Source: an uncultured Planctomycetia bacterium (GTDB taxonomy: Bacteria > Omnitrophota > Gorgyraeia > Tantalellales > Tantalellaceae). From it: a stretch of DNA of 64,000 nt. Where the stretch lies: NCBI GenBank assembly GCA_964421015.1, contig CAYQUS010000003.1, positions 41,269 through 105,268 of the forward strand. Direction: 5' to 3'. Each line of letters starts with the position of its first letter. Within the stretch, counting starts at the first letter, position 1. Made by a program: the position numbers and the translations under genes. The notes below the pieces were generated by a model that saw nothing but the letters and a program-made list of their open reading frames with translations, was not told the DNA's origin and made no database searches. Shown here piece after piece: positions 20,801 to 30,389 of this stretch.

Positions 20801-23800
20801 GACGGTTGCGGTACAGGGAACGGGCAATGTAGGAGAATATAACGCGTGGGAATTTTTCAGAGCCGGCGCCAGAGTGACAATGCTGGAAGACTGGCATGAA
20901 GGGACGAATTGGACGCTGTACGGCGATAAAGGCATCGACCTCGAAAAGCTTAACTCGGCTTTGGAGCGGCTTCCCGACGGCAGATGGGCGCCCCTTGCCA
21001 CGCTGCCGGAGAAATTTCTAAGAGAGAACGGTTACGAGCTTAAAAAAGGGACAAGCGAGTTCTGGGATACTTATAGTGACGTAAAGGTTCCTGCGGCAAC
21101 GGAGAACCAGATAACCTATTCCAACGCCGAGGATATTAACTGCGCCATAGTGCTGGAACTTGCCAATAATCCCACTACTCCCGAGGCGGACGCTATACTC
21201 GCGAAAAGAGGCCTTCTTGTTATCCCGGATGTGGTCGCTAACGCGGGGGGCGTAACAGTTTCTTATTTTGAGTGGCTGCAGAACATAGAGGGGAGATACT
21301 GGAGCGACATAAGTGTCGACATGATGCTTGAAGAAAGGATGGAGACGGAGATCAGGGATGTTATGGCCGTGGCTCAGAGGTTTTCCTCGGAGTTTCGGGA
21401 AGAGGGCGGTTCCGCCGGGCGCAATGTTTTCAGGCAGGCGGCGTATATTCTGAGCCTGGCCAGGATAGCCGACGCCGAGCTCTCGAGAAAACCTGAGCTG
21501 ATGGTACAGCTGACGGGTGACAACAGGGAACCTTACAGGTTCCGCGGAAGTCTGGGGCTTGTGCCCGAGACGGTAGAGGCTCTTAATGATGTTTCTTCCG
21601 ACGTGGAAAAATTCAGGGACCTTGCGGATTTTTGCGAGGCGCGCCATGAGAGAGAGATAAGAGGCATAGTCGCGGACGTGGAAAAGAAGTTCGCCGGCGC
21701 TAAAGGCGGGTTCGTTCTGGTCTCGGGTCCGGTTACAAGCGGAAAGATGGCCGTATCCGACAGAATAACCGCGGGGCTCATCGAGAACGGGTTAAAAGCC
21801 AGGAAAATAGATATCGACGAAATGATATTCCCCAAAGAAAGGTTCTGGAGGCAGAGCGGGCTTGATGAAAGCAGGGTGCATGAACTCGCTATAGCAGAGA
21901 TAACGAATATTCTTGAAGATCTTATGTCGCGCGTTAGCTCGGAGATATTTGTTCTGGAAGGAAGTTACGTGCTGGACGAGGCGTTCCTCGACAGGGAAAA
22001 GGGCCTGCTGAAAAACGAGAATACTTACGGGATATTCACCAACATGGCCCCGGCAATGAAAATGTCGGGTAACGTTCCCCTTACATCTCTGGACATGAGG
22101 CTCATACGGCACATACTTACTTTTCAGAGGGTTTTCGGCTCTTCCCCGATAGACATAATAAGAGAATGGCCGTTGACGAGGGAAAACAATCTTAAGTACG
22201 TGTACCCGTCGTGGAAGAACGCCGACACTACGTTCAACAGCTACCTGCCGTATGAATTAGCCGTTCTTAAAAGCCCTGTTACAAGGGCCCTGCGCGACGC
22301 CATGGAAAACGCCTCTAACGACCTCGAGAAGTCCACAATAGAAAGGCTTCTTGGCATACTTTCCGGAGTTGAAGACGCGCCCGGGACAGCTGGCCTTGAC
22401 GTGAATTCGGTAATAAGGCAGTTCATAGGCGCTCCCTCGTACCTTGATGAGATGGAAGCGGATGATGTGTTGTCGATGTACCGAGGCGAATACGTGGAGA
22501 ACCACGCCAGGAGGGTCACGGATATCGGCGCCGTCCTGGCCGAAGAGATGGGAATAAGGAGAACCGACCCCGGGCTTTTTAACGATATCCTCTCGGCCTG
22601 CGCCGCCCATGATTTCGGAAGCCCCGGATCTCCCATAGACCCGGCTGATTTCGCGCGTATACGGACAAGCCTGGCTTCAAGGGGAGTAGATGTGCCAGAA
22701 AAAACATCCAGGGACGAAAACTGGCATGCCTCTCTTTTTGAGCGTTTCAGCGCGGCCAAGCCTGGGGAATTTTCCGCTGAAGAGGTTGATCTTGCTCTTG
22801 ATATGTTCCAGGGGCCGGACTCCCTGAGGCGCCTGGCCATGCGCGGCGCCGTGCCCTCCAGGCCGGTCAGGACCGCTATACTTTTTCATCACCACGCCGG
22901 AGAGTTGGAGACTTATCTTTCCGGAAAAGACTGGCCGGAGAAGGAAAAGGAAAGGACGCGCTTGATCCTTTCGGTGCTTGTAGCCGCGGATGTCATAGAG
23001 AACGGCATGAATCTGTTCAAAAAAATATTTTTCAGGAACACCTACGTCGTTGAGACCCCGGATGAGACAATGAGATTCCTGGACCCGGCAAGAAGCGGTA
23101 TCCCAAGGACAGAAGCGATAGAGGCGTACAAACGAATTGTCGCTGAAAGCCCCGAAAAGCTCCGTGGTATAAGCGAAAGGGCGTTCGATATATCACCTCA
23201 GGAAGAAGAATTCCTTCTAAAGGCCGAAAAGGTCTTGATAGATAGAGGGGAGATTCACGGAGCCGGGCCCGAGAGAGGAGGGACGACGGCCGTAATAAAA
23301 ACCCTGAAAAATATTTCGGGTAAAAAAACGCCTTTCGGGTATTATGCCGTTAGCGTGGCTCCCAGGGTGGAAGAAAGACTTTTCTTTCTTGTTCCGGCAG
23401 TTCTCGGTTTCGCGCTTGACGTTGCGTTTTCGGGAGGCGGGGTTATAACACTTTCATCAATGGTAACAGCCAGGGCGCTTTTTCTGGTTTCGCACGGCAA
23501 GTTTGCTTTTTCAGGGTTTTTAACGAGAGGCCACGCGCCCTCGAGGGTAGCTATAGCCGGGGTTTTAGGTGTTCTCCCTCTTGCCGCCGTTTCCTGGCTG
23601 GGCCTTCCTTTGTTCCTGGCGCTCGCCGCGGGCGGAGTACTGCTGCCGGTTTCATATTTTTCCGTAAAAAGGTATCACTCCTTCATGAACAATTTGGCGC
23701 TACGGAGCGGGAATCTTCCCGCTGTTATGGGGCATTCTGGCGACATCTTTCTTCTGGGCGACGCAGACGCCGATAACATAATAAAAGGCATAGCTTCACA

Positions 23801-26800
23801 TCATGTGCTTGTAAAGGCGGCATCAACCGAGGGGATAACTCCCGCTGAATATTCCAGATGGGTAGATGTAGACGATGAGGCTTCTCTGCTGAGAGGATTC
23901 AGGGCCCTGGCCGCGATGGGAGCCATGGAGAACGGCATAGAAGCGGCCGACGGAGCCAAGGCTTACCGGATCACTTCCTCCGGCATGGAACTATTGAAGG
24001 CCACCTGGAAAAATAATCTTAAAGAGTGGCTTGAGGCCATGTCGTCCCTGCCCGATAATTCGCCCGAAAAATCAAGGCTTTTCCAGGAGCTCAGAGAAAG
24101 CCGGTTTCTTGGTTTTACCAGAGGCAAAGAGTATCCGGCTGAGAGACTTGAAGTGCTGAAAGAGAACCGGACCAGGGTGCTGGACGCCATATTTATAGTC
24201 CTTACAGGCATGCTTGACGGGTCGGTTTCTTACAAAAGGAGCGATATACTTTTTTCCACCATGTACATTACAGCTCTTCTGGACATCGCCGAAACCAGCG
24301 CCGATGAGGCGTTCCTGGAAGATATACTGGAGAGGCTGATGGGGCTTCCCAACGCCACGGACGCCGAAGCCCAGGGGGAGATGCAAAAGTTTTTCATGCA
24401 TACTATATCTTCTTATCCCGGTAAAGCCAAGACGCTTGTTTTTCACCTTATGGCTGGTTTGCAGGAGAACGGGAATGTTATCAAGGAAACGGACAATCCT
24501 CTTTTTGATCTTATGGACCTTCTGCATAAAGCCGGCGGCGGCGACTTCTACTATTTTCTCCGAAGAGTATCGGGGATGTATTTCATGGACAATTCGGGCC
24601 AGGTAAACGTGGGGGTCGACCACCCCTTGAGGGTAAGGACCCGAAGCGGCAGTTACGGGCTTGATATAGACGGAGTTGTAAGGGACTCCATACACAATAA
24701 TCTCGGTGTTTATGTTCTTGGGCTTCTTGAGCGGATGCTGGAATACTACCGCACCGGGAACGTTGAGATCCTGGGGGACAAGGATTACGAGGTAGACGCT
24801 TTCAGGAACGATGCCGTGAAGGGGCTCGATGCCTGCTTTCCGGAAGAAGGAACAATAGACGTCAGAAGGAACAGGCCCTTGTACCCGGATACATGGCACG
24901 AAGCGGCCGTTCGGATATTTCACCATCTTGAGGGACGTCTGGGAGAAGATGCCGGAGCCGAAGGCGCAACGAGATATGAAAAGCTGAGGAATATATCCGA
25001 CGAAGGTCTGCAGAAGATCTATGACGCGGTAAACGAGGAGCTCGGCCCGGGGTTCCCGAAGATGGAGGTCAATGATACCGGGTACGGGTTCTCGGGATAT
25101 TTTTACGCGTACAGGGAACTTAGCCGCAGGTACAAGAGAGCGGATTCCGAAGAAGACCTTAAAGGTAACCTGAGGAGGCTCTCAGCGGTTTACCGGAACG
25201 TCAGGAATATAATCGGCCCCAGCGGCATTGCCGACGCCGGGAAAGTAGAAGGGGAAGCGTATTCCCCGGAAAAGGAGCTTTCCAGGATACTCGAGGTAAA
25301 GTCGGCTATAAGGGGAAAAATACTCGATATCGAGGCCGAGCCTTACGACAGGACCGCCGTGGAGGAAATATTTACCGAGGATTGGGGCGTGGATTACACT
25401 GGTAACGCCTACGGCGGAGCCTGGGTTAAGGATGAGCTTTTGGGGCTCTACATGGCCGATCACGGTGTCTCTCTGCTCTTGGCCAGGGTTATTGAAAAAA
25501 TGGAAAGTACCCTGGTGAAAGGTATAAATCAGGACAATATTGAAGAGGCTCTGAGATACCTGAAAGTCCTGGCCGAGATAAATAATGTTAACGGTCTCAT
25601 GCCGAGGTCTTTTGTCGATAAAGTCGATACCCTTATTGAGGAGAAGGCGATTGACGCTACGGTCGCAAGGGACCTTGTGAGCCTTCTTGAGGACGAGTAC
25701 ATAGAGAACGAGCGGTATATTACCCACAATATGAAGGTGTACATAGAGAGGATACTCGATATTAAAAAAGTGTTCGGAACGGAAGCCCGCAACAGCGAGA
25801 TCAATAGGCGCATATCTTCCTTATTAAGGTCCGAGAGAGAATACTACGCTCTTTTCAGCCTTCTAAGAAGGATAGGAGTTTATCTTGAGGGGATGGAAGG
25901 TGTTCTGGGAACGGAAAGGGCGGGTGTGGAAGAGCTGCCTTACACGCTATTCGGGCCGGGAACGGAAAAAGATGTTCTCGACAGCGCTCTGGGCCAGGGC
26001 AGGTACAGGCTTTCCGGCAAGGGGATAGAGCTTGTGAGGATGGCCAGGGAGGGGCTACCGGTGCCGGAGGGAATAATAGTCCCGGCTACGTTCGACGTTA
26101 CCCGCACGGTCAACTCTGCCGTTTCTGCCGTGTCCGCTTGGCCGCACGGGGATGAGGTTTTGGGTTCTTCCGAGCGGCCACTTGTTGTGTCGGTGCGTTC
26201 CGGAGGGTATTTTTCAATGCCGGGCCAGCTCCCGACAATAGTTAACGTAGGGCTTTCGAGAAGCACCATAGATGGATTCATGAAAGTTCTTTCGGAAAAA
26301 CACGGACTAGGCGAAGACGAGGCCGCGTGGACGGCATGGGATTCCTATGCCAGGTTCCTGAGAAGTTACGCCGGCGAGGTCATGAAAATAAGCGAGGAAG
26401 AATTTATCCGGGAAGACGAGAGAGTTTTTTCTCAGTACGGTGTTTCAGGCGGGATTGAACTGGGATGGGAAGATAAACGCGCTTTAGCGGAAAGGTACGA
26501 GAATCTTATAGAGAGACTTCGCCCGGGAGAGTTTCCCGCTTCTCCCGAAGAACAGTTCGAAAAAAGCGTTGAGGCGGTCAAGTCCGCCTGGGAAGGTACG
26601 GAAAAATACAGGGAGAACATCAGGTTGAACGGGCACTGGCCGGGTACCGCCGTTATAGTGCAAAAGATGGTCTATGGCAACATCAGAAGATCTTCAGGTG
26701 CCGGCGTAATAAATTCAAGGAACGTTAACGTCAGGGAAACCGGAATAAAGGGTGATTTTCTTTTCTCTGCCCAGGGAGAAGACATAGCCCAGCACCGCAA

Positions 26801-29800
26801 GGCGGATCTGGTAGACATAGATGATATCGAAGGTGATCCGGAGTGGAAAAGAGACCTTGTCCGGATAGCACAAGGAATAGATAACGCGATAGGAACTATC
26901 GCCGAGATAGAGTTTACGGTGGAAATGGGTAAACTCTATATACTGCAGATAAGGAACGCCAGGGTTGAAAGCGTGTCGGAAGATTACCACTTTACACCTT
27001 CCTCCCAGATGCTTCTTGCCCCGCCCGCCGAAGTAGTGCCTTCCGGAGGAGGAGCCTACCGGGGAATGGTCTTCAATATGAGATCAGGAGATATTGACGA
27101 AACTAAAATAGGCGAAATGTACAGCCTGGCACGGGCAAAAGGATGCGACGGAATAATAGTTCTGAGCGACGATCTGGACCCCAAGAAAATGGACAGCCTC
27201 ATGACCAGGGATGCCGAAGACGGGGGCCGGTACAAGATAGGCGGAATAATCACAAGTTCCGGAGGCAGGCTTTCGCACGCGGCAAGTATAGCGCGCAACA
27301 ACGGGATAACCGCGATAGTCGGGGTTAAGGGGATGACTTTTTCTCCCCGGGGAGGAGCGTCCCTCGCCGGCCGGGAGATAAATAACGGCGACATAATATC
27401 TATATCGGGTAAAAAAGGCTACATAATGAGAGGCCTTATTCCGGTCAGCGCAAGAGAGCTCATTGACGGCCGGTACGAGATGAGCATGTCTCCCATAGAT
27501 TATGTAAAACTTCTAAGGACGAGAGGCCAGGTGCTTACCGTTCTTAACGATCTTTTATGCGAGGACTGCGACGACAAGGGCCAGGAATACAAGAGCAAGG
27601 TCGCCGGGTTCATAAACCTTGTTCTTACCAACAGGCGCGAGATCCTTGAAACAAGGGCTCCGGCTGTCTTAAAAATAATGAAAGAGTATCTGGAAGAAGG
27701 CCGCAGGATAGAGGACATAAGGCGCGTTTTGAGCGAAGAATTGTCCAGAAAAACCAAAGAGGGAGGCGCGAGGGTTACTGAGGAGATGCTTTCCCTGGTG
27801 GTAAATCAGCTGACATCCAGGGACGCCTTCAGGAAAATGGGGATAAACCCGGTATCGGTGGAAAGGATAGTGCTGGCAGATCGCAAGATCGAGATACAGG
27901 AGGGAAGGGTATCTTTTGAAATAGATGTGGTTTACAGGCTTCCCGGTGATTCAGGAACTGAGAAAGTACCTTTAAGGGTTGTCCTGTATAAGAGAGGATA
28001 CGGCCTTGAGGCGCAGGGCATATTTGAAGGTACGGCCGTGGCGGAAAGGATAGTACAGCTCTACCGCGACGGTCTTCTGACCGACTCACGCAGAGAAAGT
28101 TTCGCCGGGCTCGGGCTTGGCGCGGATCTTATACACAAAGCCCATTCAGAGGCTTTAGGAGAAAAAAAGAGGTCGGCCGAGATACTGGCGGAGAGGATAA
28201 GAGAGAACAATATCCCTGAACCCGCGCTGATGGACCTTATAGCCGGTATAGATGCTCAGAATATGGAGACTTTTTTCAGAAGATGCCAGGCCATGGATAA
28301 CCCATTCTCTTTCGAGAGGATATTATTCCGGTCGGTGGACAGCGAGAAGTATGTAGCCGTAAAGATACGCCCGGTAGATTCGGCGCCGGATATAAGGAAA
28401 TTTTCCGCGGCCGATGCTGTGGTGGGCGGAAGGCTGGGCGGAGCTAGGCTAAGGTCGGAGGACGTTCTCAGGATACGAAAAGATACCATTAAAGCCCTTT
28501 TAAGCGCCTACGACAACAGGATAGAGATATACAAGACGCTCTCCAGGCATTTGGGTGTACCGGCCTATTACAGCAGCATGACTTTCGACGAGATGCGTGA
28601 AAATCTGCGCGGTATAGATGTCGCGCGTATAGACAGCTCAAAACACAGACTTCTTAACGATCTGCTGGAGCTTAAGGGAGGATTTGACTCCTCGGATATC
28701 GAAAAAAGTTTTGTGCGCGCCGGCACGGTAAAGAGGTTCCCTCTCGACGTGGAACTTAAGGACCTTATACTTGTTCCTTCAGATACGGCGGCCGGATACT
28801 CTCCAAAGATACTCAGGTTCGGTGATTTTTTCGAAAGATGCTCCGAAAATACAGTTATAGCTCATCTTCAGGAAAACCTGGGATTCAGCTACGACGATAT
28901 TTTCGAGTCTATAACGGAACTTTACAGCAGGGAAGACGCCGTAAGGTTCATGAAAGAGGCTTACAGGAGAGAACAGCCGGGTTCCGAGATGTTTTACGAA
29001 CTGCAGGAACGGATAGAGGAGACTTTGTGCGAAACAGCGCTTTCGGTCGGGCTCCCGGGAGCCGTGTTCGGGGCTCTTTCCGCCGAGGACCTTATAGAGA
29101 CCATAGAGGCGAACAACGGAGTGAACCTGGTGCCTGTTACAACGGGGGATGACGGTTATATCAAAGAGGCGCTCTCATCAGGGATAGGCCCTGGAAGAGG
29201 AGTGGCCGTTCTCATGGATTCCACGGCGTTCCCGGCGGATATTTCCTCTGAAAGCGGCATGGACGAAGCGATTTCTATCATAGATGGTTTTTGCCAAAGG
29301 GTAAAACTGGACATTACCCCAGGCCCCGGACAGCGGGAAATGGAGTTTGACTCTGTCACGGCAGTGACGGAAAGGGAAGAGTCGGTCCGCGTTGTTTTCA
29401 GGTCTCTCCCCGAGGGAAGATCCTACGATCTTGGTAACAAGAGCCTGCGTCAAATAGTTAAAAGCCAGTCCGTTATGGAAGAGCTATACGATTCTGACCA
29501 GATAGCTTCTCTTCAGCCTGTAATGCCGCGGGAAGCCGAGCAGGGTAAGGGAAGGTCATACCTTGTGCATTTTGCCGACGGCGAGGAGATAGTGGAAGGC
29601 GCAGGGCCCATCATAGTTCCTCCCGGTCTTGAGATAGCCAAAAGACGGAGGGAACAGGGGGTTATCGGCCGAAGCGACGTTCTTTGCCGGGACAAGTTCT
29701 TTGTTGTTGTACCCAAGGGCATTTCGAAGTCTGATTTTAAGAAATACCTAATGGAACTTTGGATGCTGGATGGTGTCGTGAACGATTCTGAAGTAGTAAT

Positions 29801-30197
29801 ATTGGACAGAAAAGAGGAAGGCTACTCCGTGAGCGAACTTTTCGGGTTGCTTGAGGGATCTTCCGCTAAAGTTCTTCCTCCAACAGCGCACAATACGGGG
29901 TTCAGGTATCTGGGCAGGGGTGATATGCTTAAATATGACACCAATGCCGGCGAGGAGGGGCTCTTGTGTCTCGGGCTTTCGCCCAACGCGGTGAGCAGTA
30001 TGAGCCAGTATGAGGTGCTTTACAACCTTATAGCCGCGGCGAAGTCCGGAAATGGAGATTATTCGCTGGAAGGCCTTACGAATGTAGGAGAGAGGCACTT
30101 TGTTTATGGGTTTCCAAGGGCTACTTTTATAGATATTGAGCATGAAATAAAGAGATATTACGAACTTTACAGAGAAGAAGTGCTGATAAAGGCTTAA
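17802..30197 (+). CDS. Giant 4131 aa exported/membrane multi-enzyme-domain protein. Signal peptide, Tiki/TraB-like N-domain (shared with next gene), Glu/Leu/Phe/Val dehydrogenase domain, uridine-kinase-like P-loop, HD domain, internal TM helices, PPDK/PEP-synthase-type ATP-grasp N-domain and PEP-utilizing phospho-His domain, ~1000 aa C-terminal region of unknown function
   Basis: RBS aggcggag + ATG 17802. Promoter TTGAAC-N17-TACAAT at 17735-17763. Signal peptide 'MHKNSPFLRLVAVFLSLVFFL'. GDH motifs 'GFRALHNGSRGAGKGGLRW', 'GIPYGGGKGD', 'VAVQGTGNVG', 'LANNPTTPEAD..PDVVANAGGVTVSYFEWLQN' at nt ~19990-21330. Walker A 'VLVSGPVTSGK' at 21724-21750 with uridine-kinase-like downstream motifs. 'ENHARRV..AAHDFG' HD-like at 22440-22900. 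TM helices at nt ~23380-23700. 'SGKGIELVRMAREGLPVPEG..VQKMVYGN..AQGEDIAQH' PPDK N-domain at ~25990-26990. 'GGRLSHAASIARNNGITAIVG' phospho-His domain, His codon at 27276-27278. Confidence 0.8.
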   Translation: MHKNSPFLRLVAVFLSLVFFLQETGVAAAATQVPGASVPTVKVSPEAFTEPEIKLPLSVAQTESCFFGCGGETIINIQDDHSSLSRQYSIVNVLGELSSNYNINVVAIEGGRGYIDTSLLKSLPDRTVKEKTADYLMKQGTISAGEFFSVMSEGDVALYGAEENELYQKNLEQFRAIFLNNAGNRRILSVLIEELKRKEKRVYSEDLWRFVYRSRLHAEGRLSLESYWDFLVNELGLAGGKISDYPVISSFVGTVELEREIDFEKATAERKQLIDRIMETSPAEAAEELVARSVDFEKGKVDEAGYHEWLLKFAVSRGEELSGYAELVKFSSYSSSYRELDVTALHRELATAEKEIFNSLCAAKEEYDLFQAVSSAEKLKRLFEIRLSADDVDSLKELAEGLSGKSMTAWLGEDAAGTASGKLRKILPGLDKLASDAKEAMKFYAVAREREKKMIANTVRAMRNEGKRAAALISGGYHSSGLSGMMREKGLSYLVLMPSAQGNVDRSYVAVLTRKTGPYTELVKSGSYELALEAYFDSADLDSFEKMLAFIAAENVMSGKTPMDIEREKKEWIARLKAERETMPERRARLSELVDIEALEERLSSIKVLQSSGDECEVSIAGRLYLVAGGEVSLLEKAARMPEKKTDMNVFLPALKKTYKLPGQAAFYSSGSLLGEIALNWAATRDFKNAADSLRKTARARKKNPSILEAALWNINEAAKMMKMAPEIKEIIDSPEKVTEVNFTVGLDDGTSVEIWGFRALHNGSRGAGKGGLRWLVAKDETPEDAMKAAVGLATLMSIKNSGVGIPYGGGKGDIFVPDRKYTDSDKARIVRAFSRELTLKEAVGTFQDVPAPDKGTDARMMAWFLDEHIRTLLEMGKIHDKLLQEELRKNLADTDPGELVQSDEKTPYLDIYIDVLENDDTGVLRGVELGVITGKPLRKGKKVQLGSLGRTKATGFGGFIAFRSVLEKFSAMKDMDGDVIAGTLNPSVRRVLKKNISDMTVAVQGTGNVGEYNAWEFFRAGARVTMLEDWHEGTNWTLYGDKGIDLEKLNSALERLPDGRWAPLATLPEKFLRENGYELKKGTSEFWDTYSDVKVPAATENQITYSNAEDINCAIVLELANNPTTPEADAILAKRGLLVIPDVVANAGGVTVSYFEWLQNIEGRYWSDISVDMMLEERMETEIRDVMAVAQRFSSEFREEGGSAGRNVFRQAAYILSLARIADAELSRKPELMVQLTGDNREPYRFRGSLGLVPETVEALNDVSSDVEKFRDLADFCEARHEREIRGIVADVEKKFAGAKGGFVLVSGPVTSGKMAVSDRITAGLIENGLKARKIDIDEMIFPKERFWRQSGLDESRVHELAIAEITNILEDLMSRVSSEIFVLEGSYVLDEAFLDREKGLLKNENTYGIFTNMAPAMKMSGNVPLTSLDMRLIRHILTFQRVFGSSPIDIIREWPLTRENNLKYVYPSWKNADTTFNSYLPYELAVLKSPVTRALRDAMENASNDLEKSTIERLLGILSGVEDAPGTAGLDVNSVIRQFIGAPSYLDEMEADDVLSMYRGEYVENHARRVTDIGAVLAEEMGIRRTDPGLFNDILSACAAHDFGSPGSPIDPADFARIRTSLASRGVDVPEKTSRDENWHASLFERFSAAKPGEFSAEEVDLALDMFQGPDSLRRLAMRGAVPSRPVRTAILFHHHAGELETYLSGKDWPEKEKERTRLILSVLVAADVIENGMNLFKKIFFRNTYVVETPDETMRFLDPARSGIPRTEAIEAYKRIVAESPEKLRGISERAFDISPQEEEFLLKAEKVLIDRGEIHGAGPERGGTTAVIKTLKNISGKKTPFGYYAVSVAPRVEERLFFLVPAVLGFALDVAFSGGGVITLSSMVTARALFLVSHGKFAFSGFLTRGHAPSRVAIAGVLGVLPLAAVSWLGLPLFLALAAGGVLLPVSYFSVKRYHSFMNNLALRSGNLPAVMGHSGDIFLLGDADADNIIKGIASHHVLVKAASTEGITPAEYSRWVDVDDEASLLRGFRALAAMGAMENGIEAADGAKAYRITSSGMELLKATWKNNLKEWLEAMSSLPDNSPEKSRLFQELRESRFLGFTRGKEYPAERLEVLKENRTRVLDAIFIVLTGMLDGSVSYKRSDILFSTMYITALLDIAETSADEAFLEDILERLMGLPNATDAEAQGEMQKFFMHTISSYPGKAKTLVFHLMAGLQENGNVIKETDNPLFDLMDLLHKAGGGDFYYFLRRVSGMYFMDNSGQVNVGVDHPLRVRTRSGSYGLDIDGVVRDSIHNNLGVYVLGLLERMLEYYRTGNVEILGDKDYEVDAFRNDAVKGLDACFPEEGTIDVRRNRPLYPDTWHEAAVRIFHHLEGRLGEDAGAEGATRYEKLRNISDEGLQKIYDAVNEELGPGFPKMEVNDTGYGFSGYFYAYRELSRRYKRADSEEDLKGNLRRLSAVYRNVRNIIGPSGIADAGKVEGEAYSPEKELSRILEVKSAIRGKILDIEAEPYDRTAVEEIFTEDWGVDYTGNAYGGAWVKDELLGLYMADHGVSLLLARVIEKMESTLVKGINQDNIEEALRYLKVLAEINNVNGLMPRSFVDKVDTLIEEKAIDATVARDLVSLLEDEYIENERYITHNMKVYIERILDIKKVFGTEARNSEINRRISSLLRSEREYYALFSLLRRIGVYLEGMEGVLGTERAGVEELPYTLFGPGTEKDVLDSALGQGRYRLSGKGIELVRMAREGLPVPEGIIVPATFDVTRTVNSAVSAVSAWPHGDEVLGSSERPLVVSVRSGGYFSMPGQLPTIVNVGLSRSTIDGFMKVLSEKHGLGEDEAAWTAWDSYARFLRSYAGEVMKISEEEFIREDERVFSQYGVSGGIELGWEDKRALAERYENLIERLRPGEFPASPEEQFEKSVEAVKSAWEGTEKYRENIRLNGHWPGTAVIVQKMVYGNIRRSSGAGVINSRNVNVRETGIKGDFLFSAQGEDIAQHRKADLVDIDDIEGDPEWKRDLVRIAQGIDNAIGTIAEIEFTVEMGKLYILQIRNARVESVSEDYHFTPSSQMLLAPPAEVVPSGGGAYRGMVFNMRSGDIDETKIGEMYSLARAKGCDGIIVLSDDLDPKKMDSLMTRDAEDGGRYKIGGIITSSGGRLSHAASIARNNGITAIVGVKGMTFSPRGGASLAGREINNGDIISISGKKGYIMRGLIPVSARELIDGRYEMSMSPIDYVKLLRTRGQVLTVLNDLLCEDCDDKGQEYKSKVAGFINLVLTNRREILETRAPAVLKIMKEYLEEGRRIEDIRRVLSEELSRKTKEGGARVTEEMLSLVVNQLTSRDAFRKMGINPVSVERIVLADRKIEIQEGRVSFEIDVVYRLPGDSGTEKVPLRVVLYKRGYGLEAQGIFEGTAVAERIVQLYRDGLLTDSRRESFAGLGLGADLIHKAHSEALGEKKRSAEILAERIRENNIPEPALMDLIAGIDAQNMETFFRRCQAMDNPFSFERILFRSVDSEKYVAVKIRPVDSAPDIRKFSAADAVVGGRLGGARLRSEDVLRIRKDTIKALLSAYDNRIEIYKTLSRHLGVPAYYSSMTFDEMRENLRGIDVARIDSSKHRLLNDLLELKGGFDSSDIEKSFVRAGTVKRFPLDVELKDLILVPSDTAAGYSPKILRFGDFFERCSENTVIAHLQENLGFSYDDIFESITELYSREDAVRFMKEAYRREQPGSEMFYELQERIEETLCETALSVGLPGAVFGALSAEDLIETIEANNGVNLVPVTTGDDGYIKEALSSGIGPGRGVAVLMDSTAFPADISSESGMDEAISIIDGFCQRVKLDITPGPGQREMEFDSVTAVTEREESVRVVFRSLPEGRSYDLGNKSLRQIVKSQSVMEELYDSDQIASLQPVMPREAEQGKGRSYLVHFADGEEIVEGAGPIIVPPGLEIAKRRREQGVIGRSDVLCRDKFFVVVPKGISKSDFKKYLMELWMLDGVVNDSEVVILDRKEEGYSVSELFGLLEGSSAKVLPPTAHNTGFRYLGRGDMLKYDTNAGEEGLLCLGLSPNAVSSMSQYEVLYNLIAAAKSGNGDYSLEGLTNVGERHFVYGFPRATFIDIEHEIKRYYELYREEVLIKA

Positions 30198-30389
30198 TGG
30201 GGACATTGGTGTCTCCTCTGTATTAGATCCTTCACTTCGTTCAGGATGACAAGGGGTGATGTGCAGGGATGACGAAGTGAAGAGGTGGAGAAATGACGAG
30301 AAGTGTAGGGAAGGCCAGGGTTAAAAAGCAGCAAATTATAAGGTTTCAGTAGACTTTAGTTAAGATACAAAAAATTCAGAATTGATTAG

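Noticed and set aside
24072-24926. Antisense ORFs of 200-330 aa inside the giant genes (e.g. 24072..24926-, 34147..34842-, 38041..39021-, 39067..39813-, 932..1822-)
   Set aside because: They lie entirely within, and opposite to, long ORFs with strong domain-level coding evidence. They have no RBS or recognisable motifs and are typical shadow ORFs of long coding regions.
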